Origin: Nemertoderma westbladi
Taxonomy: Eukaryota > Animalia > Xenacoelomorpha
Assembly (NCBI GenBank): GCA_032718475.1
Contig: JAUCBJ010008394.1
Span: 62,001-126,000 of the forward strand
Direction of reading: 5' to 3'
Length of the DNA: 64,000 nt
How positions within the stretch are numbered: position 1 is the first letter of the stretch; each line of letters begins with the position of its first letter. Below, in pieces: positions 11,546 to 24,527 of the stretch. Position numbers and translations under genes: made by a program. A model generated the notes under the pieces. The model did no database searches, was not told the DNA's origin, and saw only the letters and a program-made list of their open reading frames with translations.

Positions 11546-12541
11546 TTAACACAATGTCTGACTACTGACACAACTGTAAAAATTTAAAAATTAGAATGTA
11601 ATAAGTATGAGAATGAGGTACCGGTATTACAGTATTACGATATTACGTAAACGGTGGCACTAGCCAAATGGAGGGAAATTTAAATATTGAGCTCTAAATA
11701 ACTTCATAATATTATCAATTAAATTAAATGTTGCTGGTGCGAAATTTTACGCTAAAATATGTTATTAAAAAATATGTTATTAAATATGTTATTAAAATAT
11801 ATGTGATTAAAAATTTAAATTAAAATAAATTCGAAGTGAAGCACAACAAGGAATTCTAAAACCAATCATTACCAACCCCTATCAAAGGGTTGCGGGTATT
11901 GAATGTTAATAGCGGGGCGAATCTATCTAATATAGGTCTTCTCTTTAAGTTTTCGGTTGGCCCAATCTTTCCCGGTTGCCAAGATTTTAACACGGAAGGG
12001 GCCCGGGTGTGGGGTGTCATTGGGGTGTCTATCGTGGAAGTGGGAAGCTAGGGGATTTGCTAGTGGCGCGTCTGGATCCGATGTCGGGATATTCCTTATA
12101 GCGTTGTAATGTTGAGAGATCCGGCCTCTAATGGGGCCCTTTGTTTCCCCAACGTAACTATCTGTGCATAGGTTACATTCGATGAGGCAAATAACGTTTT
12201 TTGACGTACAGTTTGCGATGCCATGGGCACAAGTGTAGCAAGTAGTGTTCTTGGTTGCTGGACAATGTGGGGAATTTAGGGAAGAACGAATAAGGATATC
12301 CTTAAGTCTCGGCCCAGTGGATGAAATGACTCGTGCAATTTTACCGAGTGGTGAATGTTTAACAACTTCTTTGACCTTGCGTAATAAGGCTTCGTTAATA
12401 TAAGGTACAATGAGGGGAATGCGTTGTGGTGTGCTGATACGTTTGGTGTGTGAGCTGGCGTGTTTTGTGCGTGGGTGAAGTGCTTGTGTCGTGAGTTTAT
12501 TGATGACTTGGATTGGCCAATCATTACCAGCTAATTGGGTT

Positions 12542-12623
12542 CAGCAAGTTATTTTAAAAAATTGGGTTAAGCCGGCACAGCATTCTTAAAAATGCAGCTG
12601 CAATGCAGCATGCCGATCCTAGT
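12542..12623 (+). mobile_element. 3' stub of RTE family B inserted in the Penelope ORF
   Basis: AAGCCGGCACAGCATTCTT...GCAGCATGCCGATCCTAGTAG matches the family-B 3' end. 13-bp TSD AGCTAATTGGGTT at 12529-12541 and 12624-12636. Confidence 0.85.
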
Positions 12624-15600
12624 AGCTAATTGGGTTTGTATCTTTTTGAGTCCTCTTTGCTGCGATTCTACTGTAGTACTATTCCTGATAGCGCGTTGTA
12701 ATGCGTTGCGTGCAGTGCTCATGCGTACTGAAGCGAGGTGAGAGCTGTTATAGTTAATAGTCAGGCCGGCGTTGGTAGGTTTAATGAACAGTTCACATTC
12801 AACATACCCATTGTTGTTAATAGAGATCCACACATCGAGGAAGGCTAACCCATCATACGATTTGTCTGCTGTATATTTGATTGAGGGATGGCGGGAGTTT
12901 AGATACTCCATAAAGCGATCGAGTTCTTCATCCCCATGGGCCCAAATGGCCCACCCATTGTCATGATGGTAGCGGAGCTAACATTGCGTCGGTAAATGGT
13001 ACTCACGGAGCCATTGTGTTTCTTTTTTATGAATGTAAATTTGAGCGAACGGTGCAGCCTTGTCGACGGTCGGTCGCCCATCCCGAGTCCCGATTTTTGT
13101 CTGTAAAATTTGTCATTGAACTCGAAAAAATTATTTTCAGTTGTTAATTTTAAGTTTCAGTTTTAAGTTGAAATCTGCCAAATCGAGGCCAAACAAATTG
13201 ATGTTTGTCTTCTGTTCATAGAGAAACTCCATGATGACTCCTATCCTGTCCTCGATAGGTATGTTATTGTACATAGACTTGATGTCAGTGCTAAAGATGA
13301 TGTCTCCGAGTTCCAACGGTGGCAGACTGCGGACTTTGTCGATAAATTCTTTAGTGTTTTTCAACTGTTCTGGGATGCGGGATGCAAGTTGCTTTAGTAT
13401 TTTGCCGACTAACCATGAGGGTTTTTCGATGGCAGAGCCACACGCAGATGAGATGGGCCACATGGGAGTGCCTGGTTTATGCGTCTTAGGATTACAGTAC
13501 AGTTGGGGTGTTCTTGGTTTTACTGTAATCATGTCGCGAATGATGGGACATGATTGGGATCGCGGGAAGAGGTTCATTATTCCAGCTCGTATACAAACTA
13601 TGTCCTTAGGTGTTGGGTTACGTGGCAGCTCCTCGTAGGCATCGTTGTTGCTAAGTATATCGTTGTGAACCCGGGTAATGTATCCTTGCCGGTCGAAAAC
13701 CGCGAGACCGCCGCTTTTATCGGTGCGTTTAATAATTAAATCTTTATTAGCTTTAAGTTCCTGTAATGCCAGTTGTACTTGCTGTGTAAGGTGGTGAAAT
13801 TGTTGTTTGTTCCGGGGAATGTTCTTATAAAGGCCCGAGATGCGTTGTTGTAGGTCATCCAAATCCAACGGATCGACTGGCTTCCGGGGCTTTGTGTTCA
13901 ACTGTGTCTGGGAAGGGAATTCGTGGGAGGCCATTCTTCCAGCTAGGTAGGTGGTGCCGAACTGCTAAGTAAATCCTCCGATTGTGCACTAATTACTTCA
14001 TTCCATCTTATGCCGTGGGCGAATCTGCGTAATCCGACCTCTACGTCAACGTCAAGTTCCTCATCGAGTTTCCTGGGTAGTGTGAAGTTGGGTCCCTTGT
14101 TCAACAAGCTGATTGTTGCTGTAGGTAATATTGCATCGGTAAGGATGTTCACACATGGTGGATCTGTAGGGAGTGTTGAAGATGGGTTTGTAGATGGTGG
14201 TGGAGGAGGGGTAGTTTCGGTAGGCTTACTGATGATGCAGTCGAGTTTACGTGCGTGTTTGCGCCGCAAATCGCGTTGTACAACAGCTGTGATCTCATGA
14301 CAGAAACATTGTATTCTTGACACCAAGTGGATTGGTGTGTTGTGCTTCTCTACGTCGTAATTTAGTTCTCTCATCCGAACTCGCAAGGAGTAGATCTTCG
14401 AGTGTACCTCGCGTATTATGTTGTCTAGAGCGCATTCTTTAAACTCGCGAATGATTCTTTCACCTCCTCGATGACCGAGGTGGATATGTATGCAGTTATT
14501 TAGGAATGGAGGAAATTTTTGAATATGTATATTTATATGAATATGTATGATTATGTATACAACGGTAACAAGGGCGCACCATTATTTAACAAGTATATTA
14601 TGTAGTTTTCAAAAGTTTAGTAATTATACACACAGACAGACTTCTATATATAGTTCCCCTATCTGTCACTAAGGGAGTAATTGTAAGAAACAAAGTTAAC
14701 TTTTTGGTGTCTCCCAACCTTCAACGTGCAAATGTGTTGTCATCTCGAGAAAATGACATCATATTATGCAAAGATTTATCCGAATTATTTGATACAAAAT
14801 GTCCAAAAATACATCAGGAGATATAGGGAGATATCAGCTGTAACTAAATGTAATGATTGGAAAGATCGAGACTCAGTTAACTGTATCACAAAGTAATATT
14901 ATTGATATTAACAATGTGTTGGCAAGCTGTGATTTTCGAGGTATTTATTATACATTTATTACATTAAATACAATATATTCAATATACACAAAATTATATT
15001 AAACTATCTAATTTATTAAACCAACCCGAAACCACAATAAGCATAAACATTAATAATTATATTATTAATAAACAAAGAAGTACAAGACAGAGTATGTAAT
15101 AAAAAAAGTACAAGTAGGAGACAGACAAAGAAGTCAACTGATTCGTTGGTACCATATGAAAGGTAACGTTCCGAAAATCCCAAACCATATCCTGTACACT
15201 CTGTACTAGATATCCACCCAGTTTGACAGAGGGATCTATAAGAACTGGTTGGACATAATAACAAATAATTGATTGATATATCAGTAGTAGTTTAATAATG
15301 ACGAATTAATAATTTAGTTATTTAATAATAATTAAATAATATAGTTTATAATAATATTTAACAATTATTTATTTGTAAATAAATGCGGTTTAAATAACTA
15401 AAAATTTAGTTACTTCAAAATAATTAGTGATTAATAAAATTTGTAATTATGGGGAATTAATAATTAATTTAGTTACTTTCATTGAAGTTCATAGCGAGTG
15501 CAGGGGCACTCGCCCTCTCTTCCAGGTGGCTTATTTCCATGTTCCTCAATCTCCCCACAATTTCCCCTGACCCACCCGCTTCCGCCTCAGTCTCCTGATT

Positions 15601-16149
15601 TTCTCTTCCCCAAACTCTTAAACGTTCCCATTATTTTTCTCCATCCCTTCCGCGACTTTCCACCACTGTCTTCTGCCATAGTTTGTAATATTATATACAT
15701 TTACGATACCCTGATAGTTAATGGTCATTTTGACCCCATCGCCCCCACTCTCCCTTCTGTTGACACCACACTGATCCATCAATAACGCCCCCATGTTAAG
15801 TAGTACCATACATCCACGATTCCAAATTTTTTCAAAAATATAATTTAAAAAACATAAACTTTGGTTGAAATTAACAACTAAAGATTATCGTTTGATCTGT
15901 GGATCCCACTGCTCTTGATCTGTGAAATAATTTATTAAACATAAATAAATTAAATACATAAATCGTTAAAAGTTAAATGTAAAGAAAAACAGCAGTCTAT
16001 CAATCAGCAGTACTGTCTATAAAGATAAACCAAACCACAGGTAATTCTCTCCGCACCTTCAGGTAATTATCTACAGCTTCAGGTAAATCTATATGCATAC
16101 ATGTTTCCGATAATTTTGAAACTATAAAATCCAGTGTAATAAAATTTTT

Positions 16150-16468
16150 TGACGACAGTGAGGAGTGACGACTAAAGAAGCTGCTCCAGGATCAAACCCT
16201 TGGCGACCGCAAACCCACCATCGCCCTGAGACAACTGTTACGTTTAGCTCCGCATAACGAAAACATAGTTAAACTACGATTTTTGGAGATTTTACCCAAA
16301 CCTGTCCGTTTAGCGCTAATATCAATTGATGGAATCTCAACCGAAAAACTCGCTGAAATTGCGGATCGTATGGTTGAACAAATATATACCAGCCCAGTCA
16401 ATGTAAACAGTGTTACAGTTCCAATCAACCACACCGCTACGTTTAGGCCTAATCCAAACAACACAACT
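16150..16468 (+). mobile_element. Gypsy gag fragment (different subfamily from 17562-20685)
   Basis: RLKKLLQDQTLGDRKPT...RFLEILPKPVR...LAEIADRM is a typical Gypsy gag LGDRKPS region. Confidence 0.75.
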
Positions 16469-16469
16469 T

Positions 16470-16702
16470 TCTGGAAGGCCTGGGCCGCATTCTTCAACCA
16501 GAACGGCATCCTAAGGAACTCAACAGTCCGAACAGGGTGATGACTGCGGTCTTGGCAATGTCAGCCTCGGTGATTGGGATCTGGTGGTATCCGCACACCA
16601 GATCGATCTTTGAGAAGATCTTTGCCCTTGCCCCCACCAGTCGTGAGAAGGACCAGTCCTGGATGTAGGGGATAGGGTACCGGTCCAGGGTCATTGCATT
16701 GT
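16470..16702 (-). mobile_element. Inverted copy of the Gypsy RT segment at ~19918-20138
   Basis: [32 protein letters not shown] and [13 protein letters not shown]; near-identical to the downstream element. Confidence 0.9.
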
Positions 16703-17561
16703 AAAAAAAAATGTATGATTAAAGAAATGTATGTGTATTTGGGTCTGTAAATGAGGGTAGTCTGGAGAGTGTGGGTACGATTCGATTGTCCACACATATT
16801 GCATATGGATTTTACCTGAAGTTGAGGATAATGATACAGTACCCTCAGCTGCGGGTAATTATCATCACCTTTACCCCCAGCTGTGGTTAACATTGCATAC
16901 GGCTGCTGATGTAACTGTTTTCTGTGGTAAAACTTATGGTGTCTCTAAAGGTACACAAAATATAGCTAGTATAAAAATTGTTGGGTGGATGAATTATGTA
17001 CTGGATGGTATGAAGGCAAATTTCCTTACAGATGAATAGATTTTAATGAATAATTACAAACATTCTATTAATTCAATAGCTCAGTTTTCAGTGAAAATAA
17101 TGTAAAAGGAGTGAAAAATAATGTAAAAGTTGTGAGAATAATGTAGTTTATTGTTTAACGCCTTTTCTATGGAAGGAGTTTTAAAATTATTCTATTTAAA
17201 AATAAACAAAATTTTTATTAGTGCAGTATTTTTTTGGAGGCATTTTTATTGTTTAATAGAGGTTTTTTTTTTATTCACTTATATTTTGACCCTTTAGAGA
17301 CGCCATAATAATTAATTTGAATAATAATTTGAATTACAATTACATAACTACTTGTGAAATAAATAATGTTTCAGAATTTTCGGTATTTATGTAATATAAT
17401 TTATTTTTAAATAGAACATTATTTCAACTCCTTCCATAGGAAAGGCATTAAACAATCAACTACATTATTCTCAGACCTTTTACATTATAGTATATAATCA
17501 TGATTATGGACTAACAATGTACAGATACCAAATATAGCAAATAAATAAAACATTGCCACAT

Positions 17562-20500
17562 TGGTGATCCAGAATCCCAAAACGCATTTTTGGGGTAACT
17601 GCTGAACCCGCTTCACAGCCCTCACAAATGGCCGAATCCAATGCAGTGTTGTTGAAGCTTCCATCCTTTTAGACGAGCCAGCCCACCGTTTGGTTTGCCC
17701 AGGCCGAAGCCCAATTCAATTCGAGGAATCTCGGTGGACAATACAGAGTACTACAACGTTGTGGGGGCCCTGGACCCGGAAGTGGCGCCTTCTCCAACTC
17801 ATCTGGGACCCTCCTGCCACCGGAAAGTACCACAAATTTAAGGAGCATCTGCTCAAAACCATACGGACAGTCCTGATGCGACTGCACCCCCTGGCTTTTG
17901 GACCTCAATGGACGGTGTTGTCGCGTTTCGGCAACTGATAGTAGCGTTAGAGACGCGTTTCAGCAACTCATAGTCGCGTTTCGGCAACATGGTAACAAGG
18001 TTGCGTTTCGGCAACTGAGTGATGCATTTCGGCAACTCATACTTTAATTTCGCAAACTCATAGTTGCATTTCGGCAACTGTAAACAGGATGCGCTTAGGC
18101 AAACTGATAGATGCGTTTCGGCAACTCGTAAACAAAGGCCAACTGGATACTGTATAGAGCTTAGGCCTACAATATAGATTATTACCTTTGCCTCATTACG
18201 TTTCCCATTATTCATTTTCATTCTACATTAGTTTACCCACGTTTACTCCAACACTACTGACTATTACCGGAGGCCTACACAAAATCAACACTAAATGAAT
18301 TATAATTATTATTGTTATTTTGTCTGATCCATAAAATCAAAGTTAGCTACACATGTCGTGGAAGTCTATATCCCCTTGTAAGCATAATATTGTACCGGTA
18401 AGCCTGAGTGAGCAAAATATTTAAAAAATTATTCAAAAAATTACCAATTCAACAAAATAGTAACTTAAATTAATTATTACTGAAGTTGTAGCTGTAAACC
18501 CCGCCCAGCAAGGTGTGCTTCCCTTTGTATTAAAAAAACTCCCCTTGGAAATTGTAAACGGAATTTGGGGTTCACAGACAGAACTATAACTAACTTAAAC
18601 TTGTCGTCATTTATAATATACTTACATAATGAGTGCAGTCACAGATAAATTACAGATACAATACCTACTGTAGTTGCCGAAACGCGATTTCAGTTCACCG
18701 AAATGCAACTACAAGTTGCCGAAATGCAACTATGAGTTGCCGAAATGCAACTATGAGTTGCCGAAATGCAACTACGAGTTGCCAAAACACAACTATAGCA
18801 GTTGGTGATACGTAATTTTTCAGTTGCCGAAACGTGAATTTGAGTTGCCGAAACGCGATGTAACCCAAAGGACTGGGGGACCACTGCCCCTCATAACTCC
18901 TGAACGAGATGCAGGCACTACTCAGCGACACCATTTGTGTCTGCTGTTTGAGGAGGCCTTCTTCCGGCAGATGCCTGCAGACATCCGCTTCCAACTCGCT
19001 GAGGAAGTATTCCAAGACCTTGACAGAGTCGTGGACAGTGCTGATGCGCTGTTGGAGGCCACACACCAAAACTTGCTCATGGACCATGCTGTTGAGAAAC
19101 CAGAGTCAGTCTTGTCCTGTCATGCAGGAACTCCTCGACTAACTCTGTATCCCGACTGGTGCGCACCTGGGCACTGTACGGGAAACACCTGGGCTGGCCA
19201 TCAGTAGCAGCTGCCATGGCTGCCTCCCAATATGCTGCTCTTTGCCTGGGACTGGATTTCTGGGCAACGTTTCTTAGTGGATACCAGGGCCGAGATCAGC
19301 ATCATCCTGGCAATCACTCATGAGGTGCGAGCGGGGCGCAGTGGCACGCCCCTCCTCGCCAGCAACAAAAACAACATCCGGACCTATGCGAGCATCTGTT
19401 AAAACTCAACTTCCATACTCGATGATTCATACTCGACGATTCGAGTGGAAGTTCACCACCACCGACATCAGCCACCCTCTCCACGGAGCCGACTTCCTTC
19501 GAACCAGCAACCTGTTGGTCGACCTGAGAGGCCGATGTCTGGTTGACACTGACACATTGACCTCAATCCAGTGCGGCCAGACACGAGGCCACACCCTGCA
19601 ACTTGGTCCGGTGGCTGCCTCTGACATGACGAGTTCGCACGACTCCTGGCCGAGTTCCTCCCCGACATTACGGTGCCATGGTTCTCTGACCCCACGACCA
19701 AACATGGGGTCGCTTTGAGGACTTTATCCCCACTGAGGGACCCCCCAGTTTCCTCACACTCCTGTCATCTGCCTCCAGATAAGCTGCAGATCACGCGTGA
19801 GGAGTTCAGAAAGATGGAAGAGATGGGAATCGGCCCCAGTCCCTGGTCGTCGCCCCTCCACATGGCCTCGAAACCCTTCGGTGGCTGGTGGCCGTGTGGC
19901 GAATACCATTGTCTCAACAATGCAATGACCCTGGACCGGTACCCTATCCCCTACATCCAGGACTTTTCTCACGACTGGTGGGGGCAAAGATCTTCTCAAA
20001 GATCGATCTGGTGTGCGGATACCACCAGATCCCCATCACCGAGTCTGACATTGCCAAGACCGCAGTCATCACCCTGTTTGGACTGTTGAGTTCCTTAGGA
20101 TGCCGTTCTGGTTGAAGAATGCGGCCCAGGCCTTCCAGAGACTGATGGTCACAGTGTGCCAGGGACTCGACTTCCTCTTCATCTTCTTAGATGATGTCCT
20201 CGTCGCGAGTCGGACACCCTAGGTGCACCATGAACACCTCCGTCAGCTCTTCATGGGCCTTCAACATGCGCTATCCTGCCATCTTGTTTTAGCGGCGAGG
20301 GCTGAGTGCCCTCGCCGCTAAAACAAGAACTCTGGATTGGACCACCGAGATTGTGGCCATGTTCCATATTGCCAAGGTGGTCCTTGCCAACGCGACGATG
20401 ATCGCCCATACCAACACCAATGCCCTCACCACTCACACTGTGGATGCCTCTGGCATGGCAGTGGGCACCATTCTAGAACAGCTCATTGGTGATTCTTGGC

Positions 20501-20685
20501 AGCCTCTGGAGTTCTTAAGCCGCCAACGATGACCCCCGGAGGTGAAGTACAGCGCGTTCGACCATGAACTTCTCGCACTGTACCTCGCAGTCTGTCACTT
20601 CTGGTATTTCCTGGAGGGACGCGTGTTTACTGCCTACACAGACCACAAGCTGCTAACATTTGCTTTCACCAAGATCAGCGACCCG
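17562..20685 (+). mobile_element. Decayed Ty3/Gypsy LTR retrotransposon internal region (PBS, gag, protease, RT, RNase H; no integrase seen)
   Basis: ...CCACA-TTGGTGATCC PBS-like junction at 17556-17570. Gag LKLPSF*..QPTVWFAQAEAQF; protease FLVDTRAEISII; RT SPWSSPLH, DRYPIP, FLDDVLVAS; RNase H VDASG, ELLALY, TDHK. Many stops and frameshifts. Confidence 0.9.
17914..18865. mobile_element. Non-autonomous TIR element with arrays of ~21-bp subterminal repeats, inserted in Gypsy gag
   Basis: Left arm repeats GCGTTTCGGCAACT; right arm repeats AGTTGCCGAAA(C/T)GC. GG...CC ends. TSD CAATGGAC/CAAAGGAC (17906-17913, 18866-18873). Removal restores gag DLNGLGD. Confidence 0.85.
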
Positions 20686-21036
20686 TATTGCCACACCCTT
20701 TACATTATTTTCACTGCAAATTTAGCTACTGAATTGATAGAATGTTTGTAATTACACATTGAAACCTATGCATCTGTAACAAAATTTACATTCGTACAAT
20801 ATTACATAGTACTTACCTCCACCCACCAATTTTTATACTAGCTAGATTTTTTCTCTAAATTTTTCCAAAATATGAGCTGTTGTTAGCTAACTATTAATAA
20901 TGTTCTAGAATAAATTTTTTATTCTAGAACTTTTCAAAAAGTTTAAAAAATCATATATCATAATATATCTAGCTATTTGTTGTTTTTTTGTAAGTTCTAG
21001 AACATTAATTTTATTCAGGAAAAAATTTATAAAAAG

Positions 21037-21557
21037 GGGACTCTTACACTTTGACGTGCCATTATAGCAATTTTTTGATATAATGAAATTATCTTAAAAT
21101 ATTTGTTCTAGAACAAAATAATTTTTATATTATATGAATAGATAATATGTTCTAGAACATTTAAAAAAAAGAAACAAAAACTAGCTAGTATAACAAATTT
21201 ATACAAAGATAACCTACAATAAAAAATTTAAAAAATTAACAAATTAACTAGTGCTTTTTATTTTCGTTCTAGAACAAAAAATATTTGTTCAATAACAAAA
21301 TTGTTATATTAAATGTATAAAAAAAAGATTAAATTATCCATTATATAGATAATATGTTCTAGGACATTTTAAAAATAGAAACAAAATCTAGCTAGTATAA
21401 AAAATTTAAATGTAATAAAATGTAATTGTACCTGTAGAGTAAGTATATTACAATCTAAATAGAATTATATTGAATACAAAATAATTTTAATTAATATATT
21501 ATAATAATTATATAATTAATATTGTATATAGGTGGCACGGCAAACTGTAAGAGAGCC
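21037..21557. mobile_element. MITE with 25-bp imperfect TIRs and 8-bp TSD
   Basis: TIRs GGGACTCTTACACTTTGACGTGCCA / TGGCACGGCAAACTGTAAGAGAGCC. ATAAAAAG at 21029-21036 and 21558-21565. Empty site at ~792-800. Confidence 0.88.
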
Positions 21558-21960
21558 ATAAAAAGTTACAAATCATTCGCAAATATAGCTAGTTTTTGCT
21601 ATTTATATAGTCTAGATTGTGTACCCTATTCTTAAAAATTTTCTTATTCTAGAATGTTTTTTAAACAATTTTGTCTCTTTTAACATGGCCTCTAAGAAAA
21701 TTATTTGTTCTATAACCATTTTTATAATACTAATATTTCATTATATAATGTTTTAGAACATTTCAAAGAAATCTTTAGAAATTAGCTAGTTTATAAAATT
21801 GGAGGGGTTTTGGTGGTGTTGGGTACCCATACCCAGTGACATAATGGAGAGGAAGTATAATTAAGACATTAATATGTTCTAGAATAAGCAATATTTAAAC
21901 AAAATTCCTGCTTACCAATATGTCATATTTCATAACTTGAGATGTACTAAATGGAACTAA

Positions 21961-22177
21961 AGGCCATGCTACACCACAGGAGCGGCGAGCGGCAGCGGCG
22001 AGCGGCTGCGGCAAGCGGCCACTTTTTAAAAATAGAACATATTATTTTCTATGGGTGATGATTCACCACAAATGGCTGCTGCCGCTCGCCGCTCCTATAG
22101 TGTATCATACTAAAAGGCGCCACTAAAAGGCGCTGCCCGCCGCTGCCGCTTACCGCTCCTGTGGTGTATCATGGCCT
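21961..22177. mobile_element. PIF/Harbinger-type (Tourist-like) MITE
   Basis: ~39-bp TIR AGGCCATGCTACACCACAGGAGCGG. TAA on both flanks (21958-21960, 22178-22180). Empty site at ~1190. Confidence 0.88.
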
Positions 22178-23219
22178 TAATATAAATAACGTCGTGAAAA
22201 TAATGTTCCATTTAAAAATAAACTAAGTATTAGATGCTAAATATCGTGGAACATATTTTTCACTATGCTCTCGATTCTTTATTAACCTCGCTACGCTTGG
22301 TAAATAAAATATCTCGAGTATAGTGAAAATTATTTTCTACATTATATACCTTGTAATAAATAATTAGAAATAGCCTGGCGCAGATGTAAAACCCAGTAAC
22401 TTTCGGAAGTTCAAATCTCAAGCTATTATTTTATGACGAAATTCAGATTGTGTTACATATTTGGAATCCTTGCATGGCCAGCTTTCTAACAGTAGAAACA
22501 ATTCACAATAAGGGTTAAGAGTAACTGTGGTGTAACTGGTGCAATATCTACTCAGACAACTTTTTCTCAAAAGCTTGTATAGCTAAAGAATGAAAGCGAA
22601 AATAAAAATTCTGGCTCACTCAGCAAGGAGGTGGGAGGTGAAACTATCTCCCTTTCAAATAAGGTAAAGCAATGGCCAAACAATACAAACCCTTTCTTTC
22701 GGACTATTTTTAATGCCAAAATTTGGCTAGTTGACCACCACGGACTGCCAGTCAGACAGACTGCTTACTATGACTGCATTAAGCATATTGTATTTTTAGA
22801 TACTTTTTGGTTGGTCTTTATTATTTCGAGTTCATTTAGATATTTTTACAAATTTTTATCAGTTAAAACATTTCACCCAAAGGACATACATAAAGGCTCC
22901 TCTGCACCTCCGTAGACTGTATGTATACCTTCCACCCGGTTTCTCTATTCTTTCTTTCTCAAAATGTTCTTACCTACATTTCAATAACCACAGCGTTTTC
23001 TTTATTAACATTATCAGACTAGTTCATTCAGAGACCTACCTACCAGACCTTGTCCTATTGCCCTGTAAATTGTACTTGTCATAAAGAAACCCTAGTAATC
23101 GATTTCTCCCATAGGTGCTTACCAGTGTATCACTGTATCAGACTGTTCCCAGAAATATTTCATTTCATGAGAACGTTACAACATCTAAAAGCCAAGATCT
23201 GCCATTGGTTATGATTCTC

Positions 23220-24527
23220 CTAGCCAACACGAAATCTTAAAACAAATACAGCAATTAAAGAGAAAATAAAAGGCAACCCCAAAAGACTGAGAAGCGAACA
23301 AGCTGCTTGCATTCCAAAGTGATCATTGAGAAATCCACCACAAATGGGACCTATGATAATTCCAATAGACAATGACATTCGCAACATTTGTTGGAGAAGA
23401 GATCTGGTGTCAACATTGTCTGGGTAACCACAAACATTCACAGCCAGTTGTGTTTGCGTTTCCAGTGCCGGGCTCAAGTATAAACCTGTACCAAATCCAA
23501 GGAGAGCGCATCCAGTAACAGAGACGGGCAGATAATGAGGTAAACCGAGAAGTTCTGTAGGGCCTATTAGTTGCATTCCTAATGCTACTACCATAACTCC
23601 TAATACAGTTGGTATGATAGTCTTCATTTTTTTCATTATTAAACTCATTATTACACCTGTAAACAATTGAAAACTAGGAAGTATCATATATATCCGACCA
23701 ATATTGTATTGGTTCACATTGTAAGTGTGATGAATGTAGGCAGCATAGTTCGCCACTGCAAATGATGTCTGCATTACCCAATACATGTACAAAATAAACA
23801 TAAGAGTTACTGCTGGATTCTTCAGAACCCCAAGATAGGTTGGTCTGTCTTCATTAGATTTACATCTGTCTTGAATGTAAGCTGGTGACTCTATCCAACA
23901 GTAAAGGAGTATAATGAGAAACATCAAACCTGATATTATAAATGGGAATTCAAAACCCAAAGCAGCAAAAACTGTTGAACCAAATACTGGTGCTACCATG
24001 TATCCAAGGCTGCTAGAAACTACAGATACACTGGCTAATAATGTTCTTTGTGTGGGCCACACTTCCATCAATATACTGAATGAATATATAAAACTGATGT
24101 TGAGTCCAACAGCTTCGATGATGCGAAGTGAAAAACAAACAAATATATATAATCCATTACTATGGTTAGGAATATATTCTACAAACCCAAATGCTAACTG
24201 GGAAACAGCTCCAATGATTCCAAATAGACCCAAAGAGATATGAGTTCGCCAATTGTTGATAGAATGAGGGCAAGTAATAAAAATTGTCAGTCTCACCATT
24301 GAAAACGTTGAAAGTAATGCACCAATCAGAGTCTTTGACCAACCTCGTTCTTCAACAACAATTGGAAAGAAAGTCTCCAATAGATTATGACACCAACCTG
24401 GTATCATTTGATACATCAACAACATGACCACTAACATATAAAGTCTCCAGCCCTTTTGGTGACCATTATTATATGGACGACTTATATTAATTGAACTTGA
24501 GTTTTTGTGATCATCTTCATCTGACAT
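23220..24527 (-). CDS. SLC18B1-like MFS transporter, copy 2 (435 aa, intact, intronless)
   Basis: Uninterrupted ORF from MSDE to RFRVG*. Closest to copy 1, including shared flanks. Confidence 0.9.
   Translation of the reverse strand: MSDEDDHKNSSSINISRPYNNGHQKGWRLYMLVVMLLMYQMIPGWCHNLLETFFPIVVEERGWSKTLIGALLSTFSMVRLTIFITCPHSINNWRTHISLGLFGIIGAVSQLAFGFVEYIPNHSNGLYIFVCFSLRIIEAVGLNISFIYSFSILMEVWPTQRTLLASVSVVSSSLGYMVAPVFGSTVFAALGFEFPFIISGLMFLIILLYCWIESPAYIQDRCKSNEDRPTYLGVLKNPAVTLMFILYMYWVMQTSFAVANYAAYIHHTYNVNQYNIGRIYMILPSFQLFTGVIMSLIMKKMKTIIPTVLGVMVVALGMQLIGPTELLGLPHYLPVSVTGCALLGFGTGLYLSPALETQTQLAVNVCGYPDNVDTRSLLQQMLRMSLSIGIIIGPICGGFLNDHFGMQAACSLLSLLGLPFIFSLIAVFVLRFRVG

Larger units (their letters stand above)
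11454..14588 (-). mobile_element. Penelope-like retroelement (RT + Cys-rich linker + GIY-YIG), decayed
   Basis: Motifs LLNKGPNF, KRTDKSGG, NPKTHKPGTPM.PI, STDIKSMYNNIP, FNDKFYRQKSGLGMG, LAFLDV and CTSKNVICLIECNLC..YVGET. 13-bp TSD ACAAGTATATTAT at 11441-11453 and 14589-14601. Empty sites at ~27015 and ~58572. Confidence 0.92.

Noticed and set aside
17914-18865. Regularly spaced 21-bp repeats resembling a CRISPR array
   Set aside because: Tandem units without unique spacers, arranged as inverted arms with a TSD; eukaryotic context, no cas genes.
23914-24243. Recurring antisense ORFs MRNIKPDIING... (also 30984-31337, 36341-36592)
   Set aside because: Reverse-strand shadows of the MFS CDS, with variable lengths and no independent signal.
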